A stretch of DNA of 63,613 nt, filler included, from Octopus bimaculoides (taxonomy: Eukaryota): the NCBI RefSeq assembly GCF_001194135.2. It is 8 parts of 8 records of this genome, joined end to end, with 100 filler letters (N's around TTAATTAATTAA, not from the genome) between each part and the next. Parts side by side here need not be neighbours in the genome. Positions count along the whole stretch, not along the records: positions 1 to 23,711 come from NC_069009.1; positions 23,812 to 47,080 come from NC_068988.1; 6 more parts are not named here. One strand, 5' to 3'. The notes below the pieces were generated by a model, which was not told where the DNA came from, ran no database searches, and saw only the letters and a program-made list of their open reading frames with translations. Below are positions 13,718-26,593 of the stretch, one piece after another (position 1 is the stretch's first letter; the number at the start of each line of letters is the position of its first letter). The position numbers and the translations under genes were made by a program.

Positions 13718-14035
13718 TGGTGGCACTCCGTCGCTTACGACGACGAGGGTTCCAGTTGATCCGATCAACGGAACAGCTTGCTCGTGAAATTAGCATTTAA
13801 GTGGCTGAGCACTCCACACACACGTGTACCCTTAATGTAGTTCTCGGGGATATTCAGCATGATACACAGTGTGACAAGGCTGACCCCTTTGAATTACAGG
13901 CACAACAGAAACAGGAAGTAAGAGTGAGGGAAAGTTGTGGTGGAAGAGTACAGCAGGGTTCACCACCATCCCCTGCCGGAGCCTCGTGGAGCTTTAGGTG
14001 TTTTCGCTCAATAAACACTCACAATGCCCGGTTTG
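13718..14035 (-). mobile_element. SINE family E
   Basis: Homologous to 20202-20473, 12870-12980 and 23588-23711; shares its 3' tail with family C. Confidence 0.88.
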
Positions 14036-14518
14036 GAATATTCTGTTGTTGTTTAGCCACAGGTCAGTCCTGATCAAGCAGACCTATGATCAAAGATGTT
14101 CCACCTATGACCCTCCCATCTTTTATTCAGGCATAGTGTATCTAGGACTACATTATCTAATGTATCGTATATTATTTAATATTAGTGGCTACAGTTGTAA
14201 AAGTCCAGGTCAATCTGAACTAACAGAATGATGATTAAAGATTGTTCCAGATGTGACTTGGTTCACCTGCAGATATGTGTGTGTGTGTGTATGAACATAA
14301 ATGTATAAGTAGACATTATAGGTGTATATGCAGATATTACATATGTTTGTGCATGTGTATGTCAAATAAAATACACAACTGAGAGAGATAATAGCAGTTT
14401 CAAGCTATTAAGATATTTGAACAGGCATTTTGTAAAATACACCTTGTATCTGAAACCAATCTTTCACTATCTGTTTATGTGTTGTATAAGTATATATATA
14501 TGTGTGTGTGTGTGTATG

Positions 14519-14561
<43 letters not shown>

Positions 14562-14673
14562 NNNNNNNNNNNNNNNNNNNNNNNNNNNNNNNNNNNNNNN
14601 NNNNNNNNNNNNNNNNNNNNNNNNNNNNNNNNNNNNNNNNNNNNNNNNNNNNNNNNNNNNNNNNNNNNNNNNN

Positions 14674-15011
14674 CGTAGCACCTTGGGCAAGTGTCTTCTA
14701 CTATAGCCTCGAGCCGACCAAAGCCTTGTGAGTGGATTTGGTAGACGGAAACTGAAAGAAGCCTGTCGTATATATATATATATGTATATGTATGTGTGTG
14801 TATGTGTTTGTGTGCCTGTGTGTGTGTCCCCCAACATCGCTTGACAACTGATGCTGGTGTGTTTACGTCCCTATAACTTAGCGGTTCGGCAAAAGAGACC
14901 GATAGAATAAGTACTAGGCTTCCAAAGAATAAGTCCTGGGGTCGATTTGCTCGACTAAATGCGGTGCTCCAGCATGGCCGCAGTCAAAAATGACTGAAAC
15001 AAGTAAAAGAG
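14674..15011 (+). mobile_element. SINE family A (head in gap)
   Basis: Homology to the other A copies. Confidence 0.9.
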
Positions 15012-15850
15012 TAAATATATATTTCAGATAGACAGACGGACAGACTGACAGACATATAGATAGATAGATAGATAGATAGATAAACAGATAGATAGATAAA
15101 CAGATAGATAGACAGATGGATGGATGGTTGGATGGATGGTTGGATGGACGGACAGACAGACAGACAAATGGATTGATAGATAGATAGATAGATAAATAGA
15201 CAGACAGACAAACAGATAGGCAGAAAGGTAGAAAGGCAGCCAGCCAGATGAAGGAACAGAGAGAGAGAGAGAGATAGACAGAAAGATATTACAGAGAGTC
15301 AAACCAGCAGACTTATATTAGACCATTACAGACAAATGGGCGACAGATATACAGATGGACATTATTGCTGGCAGCCGGAGAGAGAGAGAGAGAGAGAGAG
15401 GGTGGCAGACGCACCGACAGGCCATTGCCGGCAGAGTGACAGGCAGGCAGACCGACACACAGCCAGACAGTAGCATTTTGTGTGAGCAAAGTGCAAAGCT
15501 TTGTGCATTCTTGTGCAATAAACTGGGTTAACATTGTTAGATGTGGATGCGTGTGTGTTTGAGGAGTGGGGTGAATCTGAACCTATTTTAACCTGATATG
15601 CTTATTGATTTTTTTGCTGTTTTTTGGCTTCCTCTTGTTATTCTCCTCTGCCACCTTCCCTCATGGACCTTCACTCAACCCGACCACACTCCACTCACCA
15701 ACCCACCACACTCGTTTATCTCTTGTTACACTCGTACATATGCATGAATGCATATGGTACGTGTGTGTGTGTGTTATATCTGTCTGTCTGTCTATTTCTT
15801 AGCTGTTTAATTACATGTAGGTATCTATCTATATGTGTATAATGTATGTA

Positions 15851-15913
<63 letters not shown>

Positions 15914-16563
15914 NNNNNNNNNNNNNNNNNNNNNNNNNNNNNNNNNNNNNNNNNNNNNNNNNNNNNNNNNNNNNNNNNNNNNNNNNNNNNNNNNNNNNNN
16001 NNNNNNNNNNNNNNNNNNNNNNNNNNNNNNNNNNNNNNNNNNNNNNNNNNNNNNNNNNNNNNNNNNNNNNNNNNNNNNNNNNNNNNNNNNNNNNNNNNNN
16101 NNNNNNNNNNNNNNNNNNNNNNNNNNNNNNNNNNNNNNNNNNNNNNNNNNNNNNNNNNNNNNNNNNNNNNNNNNNNNNNNNNNNNNNNNNNNNNNNNNNN
16201 NNNNNNNNNNNNNNNNNNNNNNNNNNNNNNNNNNNNNNNNNNNNNNNNNNNNNNNNNNNNNNNNNNNNNNNNNNNNNNNNNNNNNNNNNNNNNNNNNNNN
16301 NNNNNNNNNNNNNNNNNNNNNNNNNNNNNNNNNNNNNNNNNNNNNNNNNNNNNNNNNNNNNNNNNNNNNNNNNNNNNNNNNNNNNNNNNNNNNNNNNNNN
16401 NNNNNNNNNNNNNNNNNNNNNNNNNNNNNNNNNNNNNNNNNNNNNNNNNNNNNNNNNNNNNNNNNNNNNNNNNNNNNNNNNNNNNNNNNNNNNNNNNNNN
16501 NNNNNNNNNNNNNNNNNNNNNNNNNNNNNNNNNNNNNNNNNNNNNNNNNNNNNNNNNNNNNNN

Positions 16564-16596
<33 letters not shown>

Positions 16597-16663
16597 ATGT
16601 ATATCTATCTACACACACACACACACACACATGCATGTATGTACATACAATGAGTGTATATCA

Positions 16664-16710
<47 letters not shown>

Positions 16711-16940
16711 TGTCTGTCTGTGTGTCTCTGCATTTCGCCATAACAAAAATATCACACCTTTCCCTTTTCTCTGCACCAAACCAGTCTGTCTGTTTGTCTC
16801 CCGTCAATGATTTTTCTTTGTTCCATTTCTCCTGTCTGTTCGTCCTTCTGGATATTTCTCTCAATTTCTCTATCTATCTGCCTCTCTGTCTGTCTGTCTG
16901 TCTCCCTGCCTATCTATCTATCTATCTATCTATCTGTCTA

Positions 16941-16971
<31 letters not shown>

Positions 16972-16992
16972 GTCTGTCTATCTGTCTGTCTA

Positions 16993-17028
<36 letters not shown>

Positions 17029-17932
17029 CTGACATCATCACCCCACCCCACCCCCACCACCAACAAGAGCCCTTAACAGCAGTAATAACAGCAATAACAA
17101 GACATATCCCCAAACAAATCCTTAGTTCCAACAGCCAGTATTTACCATTGTCTGTGTGTCTGAGTGGCTTAACCCCCCATCCCCCACTCTCCCCCAACAG
17201 CTGTGAGTCATCTTCCTCTATTTTGTGCTTGAAATCCCCCTCCTCCTCTCCNNNNNNNNNNNNNNNNNNNNNNNNNNNNNNNNNNNNNNNNNNNNNNNNN
17301 NNNNNNNNNNNNNNNNNNNNNNNNNNNNNNNNNNNNNNNNNNNNNNNNNNNNNNNNNNNNNNNNNNNNNNNNNNNNNNNNNNNNNNNNNNNNNNNNNNNN
17401 NNNNNNNNNNNNNNNNNNNNNNNNNNNNNNNNNNNNNNNNNNNNNNNNNNNNNNNNNNNNNNNNNNNNNNNNNNNNNNNNNNNNNNNNNNNNNNNNNNNN
17501 NNNNNNNNNNNNNNNNNNNNNNNNNNNNNNNNNNNNNNNNNNNNNNNNNNNNNNNNNNNNNNNNNNNNNNNNNNNNNNNNNNNNNNNNNNNNNNNNNNNN
17601 NNNNNNNNNNNNNNNNNNNNNNNNNNNNNNNNNNNNNNNNNNNNNNNNNNNNNNNNNNNNNNNNNNNNNNNNNNNNNNNNNNNNNNNNNNNNNNNNNNNN
17701 NNNNNNNNNNNNNNNNNNNNNNNNNNNNNNNNNNNNNNNNNNNNNNNNNNNNNNNNNNNNNNNNNNNNNNNNNNNNNNNNNNNNNNNNNNNNNNNNNNNN
17801 NNNNNNNNNNNNNNNNNNNNNNNNNNNNNNNNNNNNNNNNNNNNNNNNNNNNNNNNNNNNNNNNNNNNNNNNNNNNNNNNNNNNNNNNNNNNNNNNNNNN
17901 NNNNNNNNNNNNNNNNNNNNNNNNNNNNNNNN

Positions 17933-18254
17933 TTCTTTGTAAGCCTAGTACTTATTCTATCGGTCTCTTTTTGCCGAACCGCTAAGTTACGGTGACGTAA
18001 ACACACCAACATCGGTTGTCAAGCGATGTTGGGGGGGGACAAACACAGACACACAAACACACATACATATATATATATATATACATATATACGACGGGCT
18101 TCTTTCAGTTTCTGTCTACCAAATCCACTCACAAGGCTTTGGTTGCCCCAAGGCTATAGTAGAAGACACTTGCCTAAGGTGCCATGCAGTGGGACTGAAC
18201 CCAGAACCATGTGGTTGGTAAGCAAACTATTTACCACACAGCCACTCCTGCGCC
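17933..18254 (-). mobile_element. SINE family A (tail in gap)
   Basis: Homology to the other A copies. Confidence 0.9.
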
Positions 18255-19132
18255 TATGAATGTAAAGCTAAACGTTTACAGGGGCCCTTAAAATAAATAC
18301 TATTGTGGACCCCTAATTTACTATTGTGTTGTGTGGGTCCCAGAAATCCTATATGGACAGTCAGGGGTCATATAGACTCATATAGACCCTGTTTGAAAAC
18401 AACTGATCTAATGAATTCACTTGTAAGTTATTGACAGACATTGGGGTACAGTTTCTACTGTACCACATATTCAGGGTACCACACAGTGAGACTGAACCTG
18501 AAATCAGTGAGTCAGAAAACAAATCGAACCATGCAGCCATACCTATCTGCCTATATCTATCAAGGATACAGTTTATTTTAGGAGCAATCTTTGATTACGA
18601 TATCTGGCTGGCTTGTTTTTATCTCGTTGTTTGTCTAGACAGGTTTGTCCGAGATAAACTTAGGTCCATGCACTTATATTAATCACGTCCTCTCAGTTTG
18701 CTGTGTCAAAGAGGTGAACCATTAGGTTCCGAGTTCAAATCTTGCTGAGGTCCATTTTTGCTTTTTTTTCCTTTACTGAGGGGATAAAAAAAAGAGCATT
18801 GGTCAAACAGTGGGGGCAATTTCATCAACTCCCCTCCCCTCAAATTCTGTTCCTTGACAAGCCGTTTGTGGTTTCTGGGTGGGGGGGGGGAGAAAATCTG
18901 TGACTCCATGTTGTTATCAAATCTAGATGCAGTTCGTTTTCAGATGTTGCTAACATAGATACAAAATAAGTAGCCTGAATGACTTATTAAATGTGACACT
19001 ATTGCTACTATAAGTATGTGTCAAGGACATGGTAGTGTTTGTTGGTGGAGCGATGACGGCGTTTAAAACTAACTACACTTTCCACTGTCAAAACATGTGT
19101 TACATTTAGCCTGTTAGGTATAGTGGTAATAG

Positions 19133-19474
19133 GCCCGTAGCAAACAAGCTGATGTCGACCAGAAACGCACGCATCAGTGGTTACGAAGCTCAGGGCTGAA
19201 AGCAGAGAGTGAAGGTTTCATATTGGCTGCTCAAGACCAAAGCTTATTTAACCCGGAACTACCAAGCCAATGTGATAAAAAATGGAGCTGACCCAAAATG
19301 CCGATTCTGTAACGATGCGATCGAAACTATAGACCACCTAATCTCAGGGTGTAGAGTCTTAGCACCTGTAGAATATAAAGCAAGACATGACAGAGTCGAC
19401 CAGTATTTACACTGGACAATATGTCGGCATTATAAAATCAAAAGCGCTGACAAATGGTATAAACACCATCCTGA
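19133..19474 (+). mobile_element. R4/Dong-clade non-LTR retrotransposon fragment (CCHC zinc-knuckle region)
   Basis: HQWLRSSGLKAESEGFILAAQDQSL/LTRNYQANVIKNGADPKCRFCNDAIETIDHLISGCRVLAPVEYKARHDRVDQYLHWTICRHY, with one frameshift; runs into a gap. Confidence 0.9.
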
Positions 19475-20201
19475 NNNNNNNNNNNNNNNNNNNNNNNNNN
19501 NNNNNNNNNNNNNNNNNNNNNNNNNNNNNNNNNNNNNNNNNNNNNNNNNNNNNNNNNNNNNNNNNNNNNNNNNNNNNNNNNNNNNNNNNNNNNNNNNNNN
19601 NNNNNNNNNNNNNNNNNNNNNNNNNNNNNNNNNNNNNNNNNNNNNNNNNNNNNNNNNNNNNNNNNNNNNNNNNNNNNNNNNNNNNNNNNNNNNNNNNNNN
19701 NNNNNNNNNNNNNNNNNNNNNNNNNNNNNNNNNNNNNNNNNNNNNNNNNNNNNNNNNNNNNNNNNNNNNNNNNNNNNNNNNNNNNNNNNNNNNNNNNNNN
19801 NNNNNNNNNNNNNNNNNNNNNNNNNNNNNNNNNNNNNNNNNNNNNNNNNNNNNNNNNNNNNNNNNNNNNNNNNNNNNNNNNNNNNNNNNNNNNNNNNNNN
19901 NNNNNNNNNNNNNNNNNNNNNNNNNNNNNNNNNNNNNNNNNNNNNNNNNNNNNNNNNNNNNNNNNNNNNNNNNNNNNNNNNNNNNNNNNNNNNNNNNNNN
20001 NNNNNNNNNNNNNNNNNNNNNNNNNNNNNNNNNNNNNNNNNNNNNNNNNNNNNNNNNNNNNNNNNNNNNNNNNNNNNNNNNNNNNNNNNNNNNNNNNNNN
20101 NNNNNNNNNNNNNNNNNNNNNNNNNNNNNNNNNNNNNNNNNNNNNNNNNNNNNNNNNNNNNNNNNNNNNNNNNNNNNNNNNNNNNNNNNNNNNNNNNNNN
20201 N

Positions 20202-20473
20202 ACCCTTAACGTAGTTCTCGGGGATATTCAGCGTGACACAGTGTGACAAGGCTGACCCTTTGAATTACAGGCACAACAGAAACAGGAAGTAAGAATGAGA
20301 GAAAGTTGTGGTGGAAGAGTACAGCAGGGTTTGCCACCATCCCCCTGCCGGAGCCTCGTGGAGCTTTAGGTGTTTTCGTTCAATAAGCACTCACAACGCC
20401 CGGTCTGGGAATCGAAACTGCGATCCTATGACCGCGAGTCCGCTGTCCTAACCACTGGGCCATTGTGCCTCCA
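20202..20473 (-). mobile_element. SINE family E, 5' part with tRNA head
   Basis: Minus strand ggaggcacaatggcccagtggttagg...gtttcgattcccagaccgggcg (A and B boxes). Confidence 0.88.
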
Positions 20474-20494
20474 CAATAATAATAATAATAATAA

Positions 20495-20668
20495 TCCTTT
20501 CTACTAAAGGCACAAGGCCTGAAATGTGAGGGAAAGAAACTAGTTGATTACATCGACCCCAGTGCGTAACTGGTACTTAATTTATCGACCCTAAAAGGAT
20601 GACAGGCAAAGTTGACCTCGGCGGGATTTCAACTCAGAACATTGCGACGGGTGAATTAACACTAAGAG
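20495..20668 (-). mobile_element. SINE family B
   Basis: Homology to 13089-13275. Confidence 0.85.
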
Positions 20669-20729
20669 TTAAAAGAATTAAATGAAATTAAACACAAGTA
20701 GCTGTACTTTTGTACAAATGTTACCATTA

Positions 20730-20856
20730 TCATCGTTTAACGTCTGCTTTCCATGCTGGCATGGGTTGGACAGTTTGACTGAGGACTGGTGAAACCAGAT
20801 GGCTGCACCAGGCTCCAATCTGGATGCCCTTCCTAACGCCAACCACTCCGAGAGTG

Positions 20857-20889
<33 letters not shown>

Positions 20890-21210
20890 ACATCATCATC
20901 GTTTAACGTCTGCTTTCCATGCTGGCATGGGTTNNNNNNNNNNTACTTTTGTACAAATGTTACCATTATCATCGTTTAACGTCTGCTTTCCATGCTGGCA
21001 TGGGTTGGACGATTTGATTGAGGACTGGCAAGCCAGGAGGCGACACCAGGCTCCAATCTGATCTGGCAGAGTTTCTACAGCTGGATGCCCTCCCTAACAC
21101 CAACCACTCCGAGAGTGTAGTGGGTGCTTTTTACGTGCCACCGGCTCAGGGGCCAGAGGAGCTGGCATCAACCATGATCGGATGGTGCTTTTTACGTGCC
21201 ACCGGCATGG
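20730..21210 (-). mobile_element. Family D copies (two or three, partly duplicated around a 10-N gap)
   Basis: catcgtttaacgtctgctttccatgctggcatggg occurs at about 20730, 20897 and 20969. Confidence 0.85.
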
Positions 21211-21769
21211 GAGCCAGTCCTTGTGGTCGGGGAAGCAAGTTTCAACCATGCATTTTAATTCCTGTGTTTTCTGTTCTTCTCTTTATCAGTTTTTGTGAAA
21301 TACACCTCATCGTTTTATTATTGATCAATGCTTATACGTCATCACCAATGGGAAAAGTCCATCACCGTATTGTTTAGTTTAGTTATCTTGTGGTACAGAA
21401 ATATCAAAGTGTTTGATTCGATAAAAATTAGTTCGTTAAAAAAAGGTGTGGAGTCTGACGTAATATCCTTGTCATCATTATCTTTTGTCACCATCATCGT
21501 TATCATTGTTTTAATGTTTGCTTTTTCCGTGTTTGCATCGGGTCGAACGAAATTCGTTGAGGCAGATTTTCAGTGGTCAGTTATTATTCCTCTTCTTGTC
21601 ATTGACCGGAAAGATTGAAGCAGAAGCTTGGCTGTATTTGGTCAGCCCGGGGCTATACGTAGAAGACACTTGCCTCCTGGCTTACTGGTCCCCAGTCAAA
21701 CTGTCCAACCCATGCCAGCATGGATAACGGACATTAAACTATGATGATGATGATGATGATACATATATA

Positions 21770-21911
21770 GGTGCAGCGCAGCTGTGTGGTAAGAAGCTTG
21801 CATCCCAACCACATGGTTCTGGGTTCAGTCCCACTGCGTGGCACCTTGGGCAGGTGTCTTCTACTATAGCCTCGGGCTGACCAAAGCCTTGAGAGTGAAT
21901 TTGGTAGACGG
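21770..21911 (+). mobile_element. SINE family A, 5' part
   Basis: Homology to the other A copies; an opposite-strand fragment lies at about 21620-21670. Confidence 0.85.
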
Positions 21912-22504
21912 TGTTTGGAATATGTCTTCTTCCTCAGAGACTGGCTTGAATCCTCTAAGGACATTAGAGAACACACACATACATACACACACACACTCGC
22001 ACACACAAACACTCACACTGACATGCCCACTCATACACACACACACACACACACACTCTCTCTCACACGCACACACTCTCTCTTAGACATGCACTGACAC
22101 ACACACACTCTCACACGCACACACTCTCTCTTAGACATGCACAGACACACACACACACAAACACCTGTTCGTCTGTGTCAGCATGGCTCATCTTTATCCT
22201 CATTGATCTGTAATCAATACACAGGTGGTTAATCGTGATTAACCAGCGAGAGCCAGGGCATGATTCAGATCTAAAGATAGCCAGGGAAATCCAGTTGGGA
22301 TTAGGATTAGGATTAAAGATGTTTTCTCGTTGTGAGATAATTCCTGTTGACCAGATTGCTGTTGTTGATTCTAGCTGAGTTGGTCTAATCTGGTACTGAC
22401 CTGTCAATGTGGTGGCGGTGGTGGTTGGGGTGGTGGTGGTGGTGGCGCTGTGGGTTTGTTTGGCCTTAGAGCATTACAGTCTGCAGGTAAGAAGCTTGCT
22501 TCCC

Positions 22505-22801
22505 AACCACCACCACCACCACCACAACCATCATCATCACCACAACCACCGTCACCACCACCACCGCCACCACCACCACTACTGCTACCGTCACCACTAC
22601 CACCACTATCATCACCACCACCATCACCATCATCACCACCACCACTACCACCACTACTGCTACTGTCACCACCACCACCACCACTACCACCACTACTGCT
22701 ACTGTCACCACCACCACCACTACCACCACTACTGCTACCGTCACCACCACCATCATCACCACTACCACAACCACCAGCACAACTACCACCACAGCCACAA
22801 C
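22505..22801. repeat. Degenerate (CAC/CAT/TAC)n trinucleotide tract
   Basis: Source of the spurious poly-His and poly-Pro ORFs. Confidence 0.9.
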
Positions 22802-23587
22802 NNNNNNNNNNNNNNNNNNNNNNNNNNNNNNNNNNNNNNNNNNNNNNNNNNNNNNNNNNNNNNNNNNNNNNNNNNNNNNNNNNNNNNNNNNNNNNNNNNN
22901 NNNNNNNNNNNNNNNNNNNNNNNNNNNNNNNNNNNNNNNNNNNNNNNNNNNNNNNNNNNNNNNNNNNNNNNNNNNNNNNNNNNNNNNNNNNNNNNNNNNN
23001 NNNNNNNNNNNNNNNNNNNNNNNNNNNNNNNNNNNNNNNNNNNNNNNNNNNNNNNNNNNNNNNNNNNNNNNNNNNNNNNNNNNNNNNNNNNNNNNNNNNN
23101 NNNNNNNNNNNNNNNNNNNNNNNNNNNNNNNNNNNNNNNNNNNNNNNNNNNNNNNNNNNNNNNNNNNNNNNNNNNNNNNNNNNNNNNNNNNNNNNNNNNN
23201 NNNNNNNNNNNNNNNNNNNNNNNNNNNNNNNNNNNNNNNNNNNNNNNNNNNNNNNNNNNNNNNNNNNNNNNNNNNNNNNNNNNNNNNNNNNNNNNNNNNN
23301 NNNNNNNNNNNNNNNNNNNNNNNNNNNNNNNNNNNNNNNNNNNNNNNNNNNNNNNNNNNNNNNNNNNNNNNNNNNNNNNNNNNNNNNNNNNNNNNNNNNN
23401 NNNNNNNNNNNNNNNNNNNNNNNNNNNNNNATTTTCCTTCATCAGCTACCCCCGTTTTAACACCGGCGTTTCGAAGAGTTGGGCAGGACGCATCGTTAAA
23501 ACGGCTCTTCCCATACAAATTAAATTTGTATACACAAATTAAACCTGTGCCATGGAGGAATGTAGTGGCGGACAAAAAACAAGACAG

Positions 23588-23711
23588 AGGCACTCCGTCG
23601 CTTACGACGTCGGGGGGTTCCAGTTCACCCGATCAACGGAACAGCCTGCTCGTGAAATTAACGTGCAAGTGGCTGAGCACTCCACAGACACGTGTACCCT
23701 TAACATAGTTC
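23588..23711 (-). mobile_element. SINE family C/E shared tail
   Basis: cactccgtcgcttacgacg...gaacagcctgctcgtgaaattaacgtgcaagtggctgagcactccacagacacgtg; plus-strand tails are also at 5636-5820 and 33415-33512. Confidence 0.88.
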
Positions 23712-23811
23712 NNNNNNNNNNNNNNNNNNNNNNNNNNNNNNNNNNNNNNNNNNNNTTAATTAATTAANNNNNNNNNNNNNNNNNNNNNNNNNNNNNNNNN
23801 NNNNNNNNNNN
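23712..23811. other. Synthetic 100-bp gap cassette N44-TTAATTAATTAA-N44 (one of seven)
   Basis: The same cassette is at 47081-47180, 48923-49022, 50973-51072, 53224-53323, 58888-58987 and 62379-62478. Confidence 0.95.
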
Positions 23812-24000
23812 GTTCTGTTATCACACACACACTCGCAGACTTCCGCACACGCACAGATATTCATCTCCCTTTTTCACTCTCCTGTCTTAGAAAGAACTTT
23901 TCCCCCACCACCTCCTCTTCCGGTCTTTTCATAATGTAACCTCGTGGGCATCGGTACCATTTTCCTCTTTCTCGGTTCTTCCATTCTCCGAACTTTCCAT

Positions 24001-24037
24001 CTTTCTGACGAAGGGCTACGCCCGAAACGTCATATAC
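24001..24037 (+). ncRNA. Minimal hammerhead ribozyme motif in a Penelope-type terminal repeat
   Basis: CTGACGA-A-GGGC-TAC-GCCC-GAAA-C-GTC: intact core, 4-bp stem II, palindromic ACGT helix III, GUC cleavage triplet. Stem I is degenerate in this copy. Confidence 0.6.
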
Positions 24038-24302
24038 TCTCTCTTTCCTTTCCTGAGCGTCCAATAATACTATCCATATCACGTCCTCACTTTGTTGTTT
24101 TTTTGTTATTGTTTTTTTGAACTATATATATATATATATATATATATACATACATAAATGTATAAATATATGTGTGTGTATGCATGTATATTTGTGTCTG
24201 TGTTTGTTCTCCCAGGCCAGCATGACCACAGTCCACTGAATGAAACAAAATAAAAAGTAGGGCAAATGTAGAGAGATAGAGAGTAACTTATACATTAGTA
24301 AT

Positions 24303-24512
24303 CTTTTCTACTCTAGGCACAAGGCCCGAAATTTTTGGGGAAGGGGCCAGTTGATTAGATCGACCCCAGTACGCAACTGGTACTTTATTTATCGACCCAG
24401 AAAGAATGAAAGGCAAAGTTGACCTTGGTGGAATTTGAACTCAGAACGTAAAGACAGACAAAATACCACTAAGCATTTCGCCCAGCATGCTAACGTTTCT
24501 GCCAGCTTGCTG
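24303..24512 (-). mobile_element. SINE family B
   Basis: Homology to 13089-13275. Confidence 0.88.
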
Positions 24513-25609
24513 CTACTTATACACTAGATTTTTATCTTGACATTGTTTATTAAACAATACTATAAAACAAACAGCAAATTGTAATCATGTTTCCACTCCC
24601 CTTCCAACTCCTCACCTCACTTCCTTTACTTTATGATGTCAACACAAAAATAATCTCTAAACAAAGTCTCTAGAATATTTGCAAATAAATTGAATGTTGA
24701 AATTTTAATTAGATGAGTTCAGAGAAAAGACGAAATAAAAAAAGAAAAAACCTCTCCTAATTAAGTTTGCTGGTATTCGATAAAAGTTAATTGAGTTGAA
24801 AAGCAGTGTATGTCAACAACAAGACCTTGTTATCTCTTGCTGTCTGACTAGATAAGAACATGTTGGGGAAAATAGCTGCAGTTAACTGTAAACCATAATC
24901 CCCCGCCTTCTTTCTCATGATATCAGTGAAGAAGAAACTAAGATGGGATGTGGCCTAGTGGTTAGGATGCTGCACTCACTATTGTAAGATTGTGGTTTCA
25001 ATTCCTGAACCATGTGGTGCATTGTGATCTTGAGTAAAACCATTTCATTTCACATTGCTCCAGTTCACTCATCCGAAAATGAGTGACCCTGTAACAGACT
25101 GGCATCCTGTTCAGAGGGGTCGTTGCGACCTTGATCATTCATACACCACGGAACACAGGGAAGTGGCCCTATGAGTCCTAGGACTTGTGACGGTACTTTT
25201 ACAGAAGAACTTAATCTAAACTAATCTACAAAAGCAATTATCAAAGCAATAAGTTACTTTTCCTCCTGCTCAATCAAAAGGGTTTTCCATTTTCTTTTTT
25301 GTACTATGATTTACATGACAACCTCACTAATGCTGGTGCCATGTAAAAAGCACCCAGTACACACTGTAAAGTGGTTGGCATAAGAAAGGGCATTCAGCCA
25401 CAAAAAACTATGCAAAAGCTGACATTCAAGATTAATCCAGCCCTGCAGCTCACCAGATCCTGTTGAACTGTTCACCCTAAACCAGCTTGGAAAATGGATG
25501 CATAAAAAGCTTAGCTAAGTGTGGTAACATTTAAATATGAAACAACCAAGTTATTAATTTGCATATCTGATTCTAAGAGACAACCCTATTACTCTTTTGA
25601 CTCTTTTTA

Positions 25610-25847
25610 CTCTTTTACTTGTTTCAGTCATTCGATTGTGGCCATGCTGGAGCACCACCTTTTAGTTGAACAAATCGACCGCAGGATTTATTCTTTGTAA
25701 GCCTAGTACTTATTCTTTTGGTCTCCTTTGCTGAACCACTAAGTTACAGGGACATAAATATAGCAACATTGGTTGTCAACCGACAGTGGTGGGGACAAAC
25801 ACAGACACACAACCATATACTTACATATGTATGTATGTATTTATATA

Positions 25848-25879
<32 letters not shown>

Positions 25880-26038
25880 AGACAGGCTTCTTTCAGTTTC
25901 TACCAAATCCACTCACCAGGCTTTGGTTGGCGTGAGGCTATAGTAGAAGACATTTGCCTAAGGTGCCATGCAGTGGGACTGAACACAGAATCATGTGATT
26001 GGGAAGCAAGCTTCTTACCACACATCCAAGCCTGTGCC
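25610..26038 (-). mobile_element. SINE family A, diverged full length
   Basis: Homology to the other A copies. Confidence 0.88.
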
Positions 26039-26344
26039 TATTATGTGATTTAATCACATTTTCTTTCTTATGGGACATATTTCTTCACTGTTATATATTT
26101 CTTTATCACAGCTTTATAACCATTTCATTATGGTTGTATTAAGGCTTTATTGCTTTTTTATATCCTCTTCTATCACAGTTTTATTATCAATTTTATCACT
26201 GATTTATATCTGTTATAAAACTGTCATATATCTCTTTCATTAGCACTACCTTATATCCCTGGATCATTGTTATATGTAGCTATTTTATTATAGTTTTATA
26301 TCCATGTCATCACTGCTGTGCATCCACGTTATCACAGTCTTATA

Positions 26345-26593
26345 TCAACGTTTTTTCACCAGTAATTGTCTTTCTGGTAACCACCACCAGATCCTAACAG
26401 ACATACAGAAACTGAAAGGACAAGGGCCAATAAAACAACATGTAAAGCTACCATGCTGCAAACATAGTTTAATCCACATATAATCTCTATAGGTCATAGT
26501 TGCTGAAACGACTACATAATTGCCAGGGGTGCCTTGCTGAACAGCAACAGAACAAAAACAATTGATCAACACTGTTACAATTACTTCTTCTGT
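26345..26593 (-). CDS. Candidate orphan Cys-rich terminal exon (82 codons), product unknown
   Basis: Acceptor tattcttttaatccag|; frame TEEVIVTVLINCFCSVAVQQGTPGNYVVVSATMTYRDYMWIKLCLQHGSFTCCFIGPCPFSFCMSVRIWWWLPERQLLVKKR*; AATAAA at 26284-26289 (minus). A chance ORF cannot be excluded. Confidence 0.3.
   Translation of the reverse strand, partial: TEEVIVTVLINCFCSVAVQQGTPGNYVVVSATMTYRDYMWIKLCLQHGSFTCCFIGPCPFSFCMSVRIWWWLPERQLLVKKR

Noticed and set aside
20202-20473. tRNA genes suggested by A/B boxes here and at 29945, 38768 and 54248
   Set aside because: They run straight into repeated SINE bodies and tails, so they are SINE heads rather than tRNA genes.
20704-21010. Direct duplication of about 65 bp around a 10-N gap; similarly 7620-7790 versus 8350-8560
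   Set aside because: Duplicates flanking a gap are most simply unmerged contig overlaps.
22409-23542. His-rich 377-aa ORF and overlapping Pro-rich ORF
   Set aside because: Translation of a degenerate CAC/CAT/TAC microsatellite plus 629 N; the start lies in a decayed SINE head.
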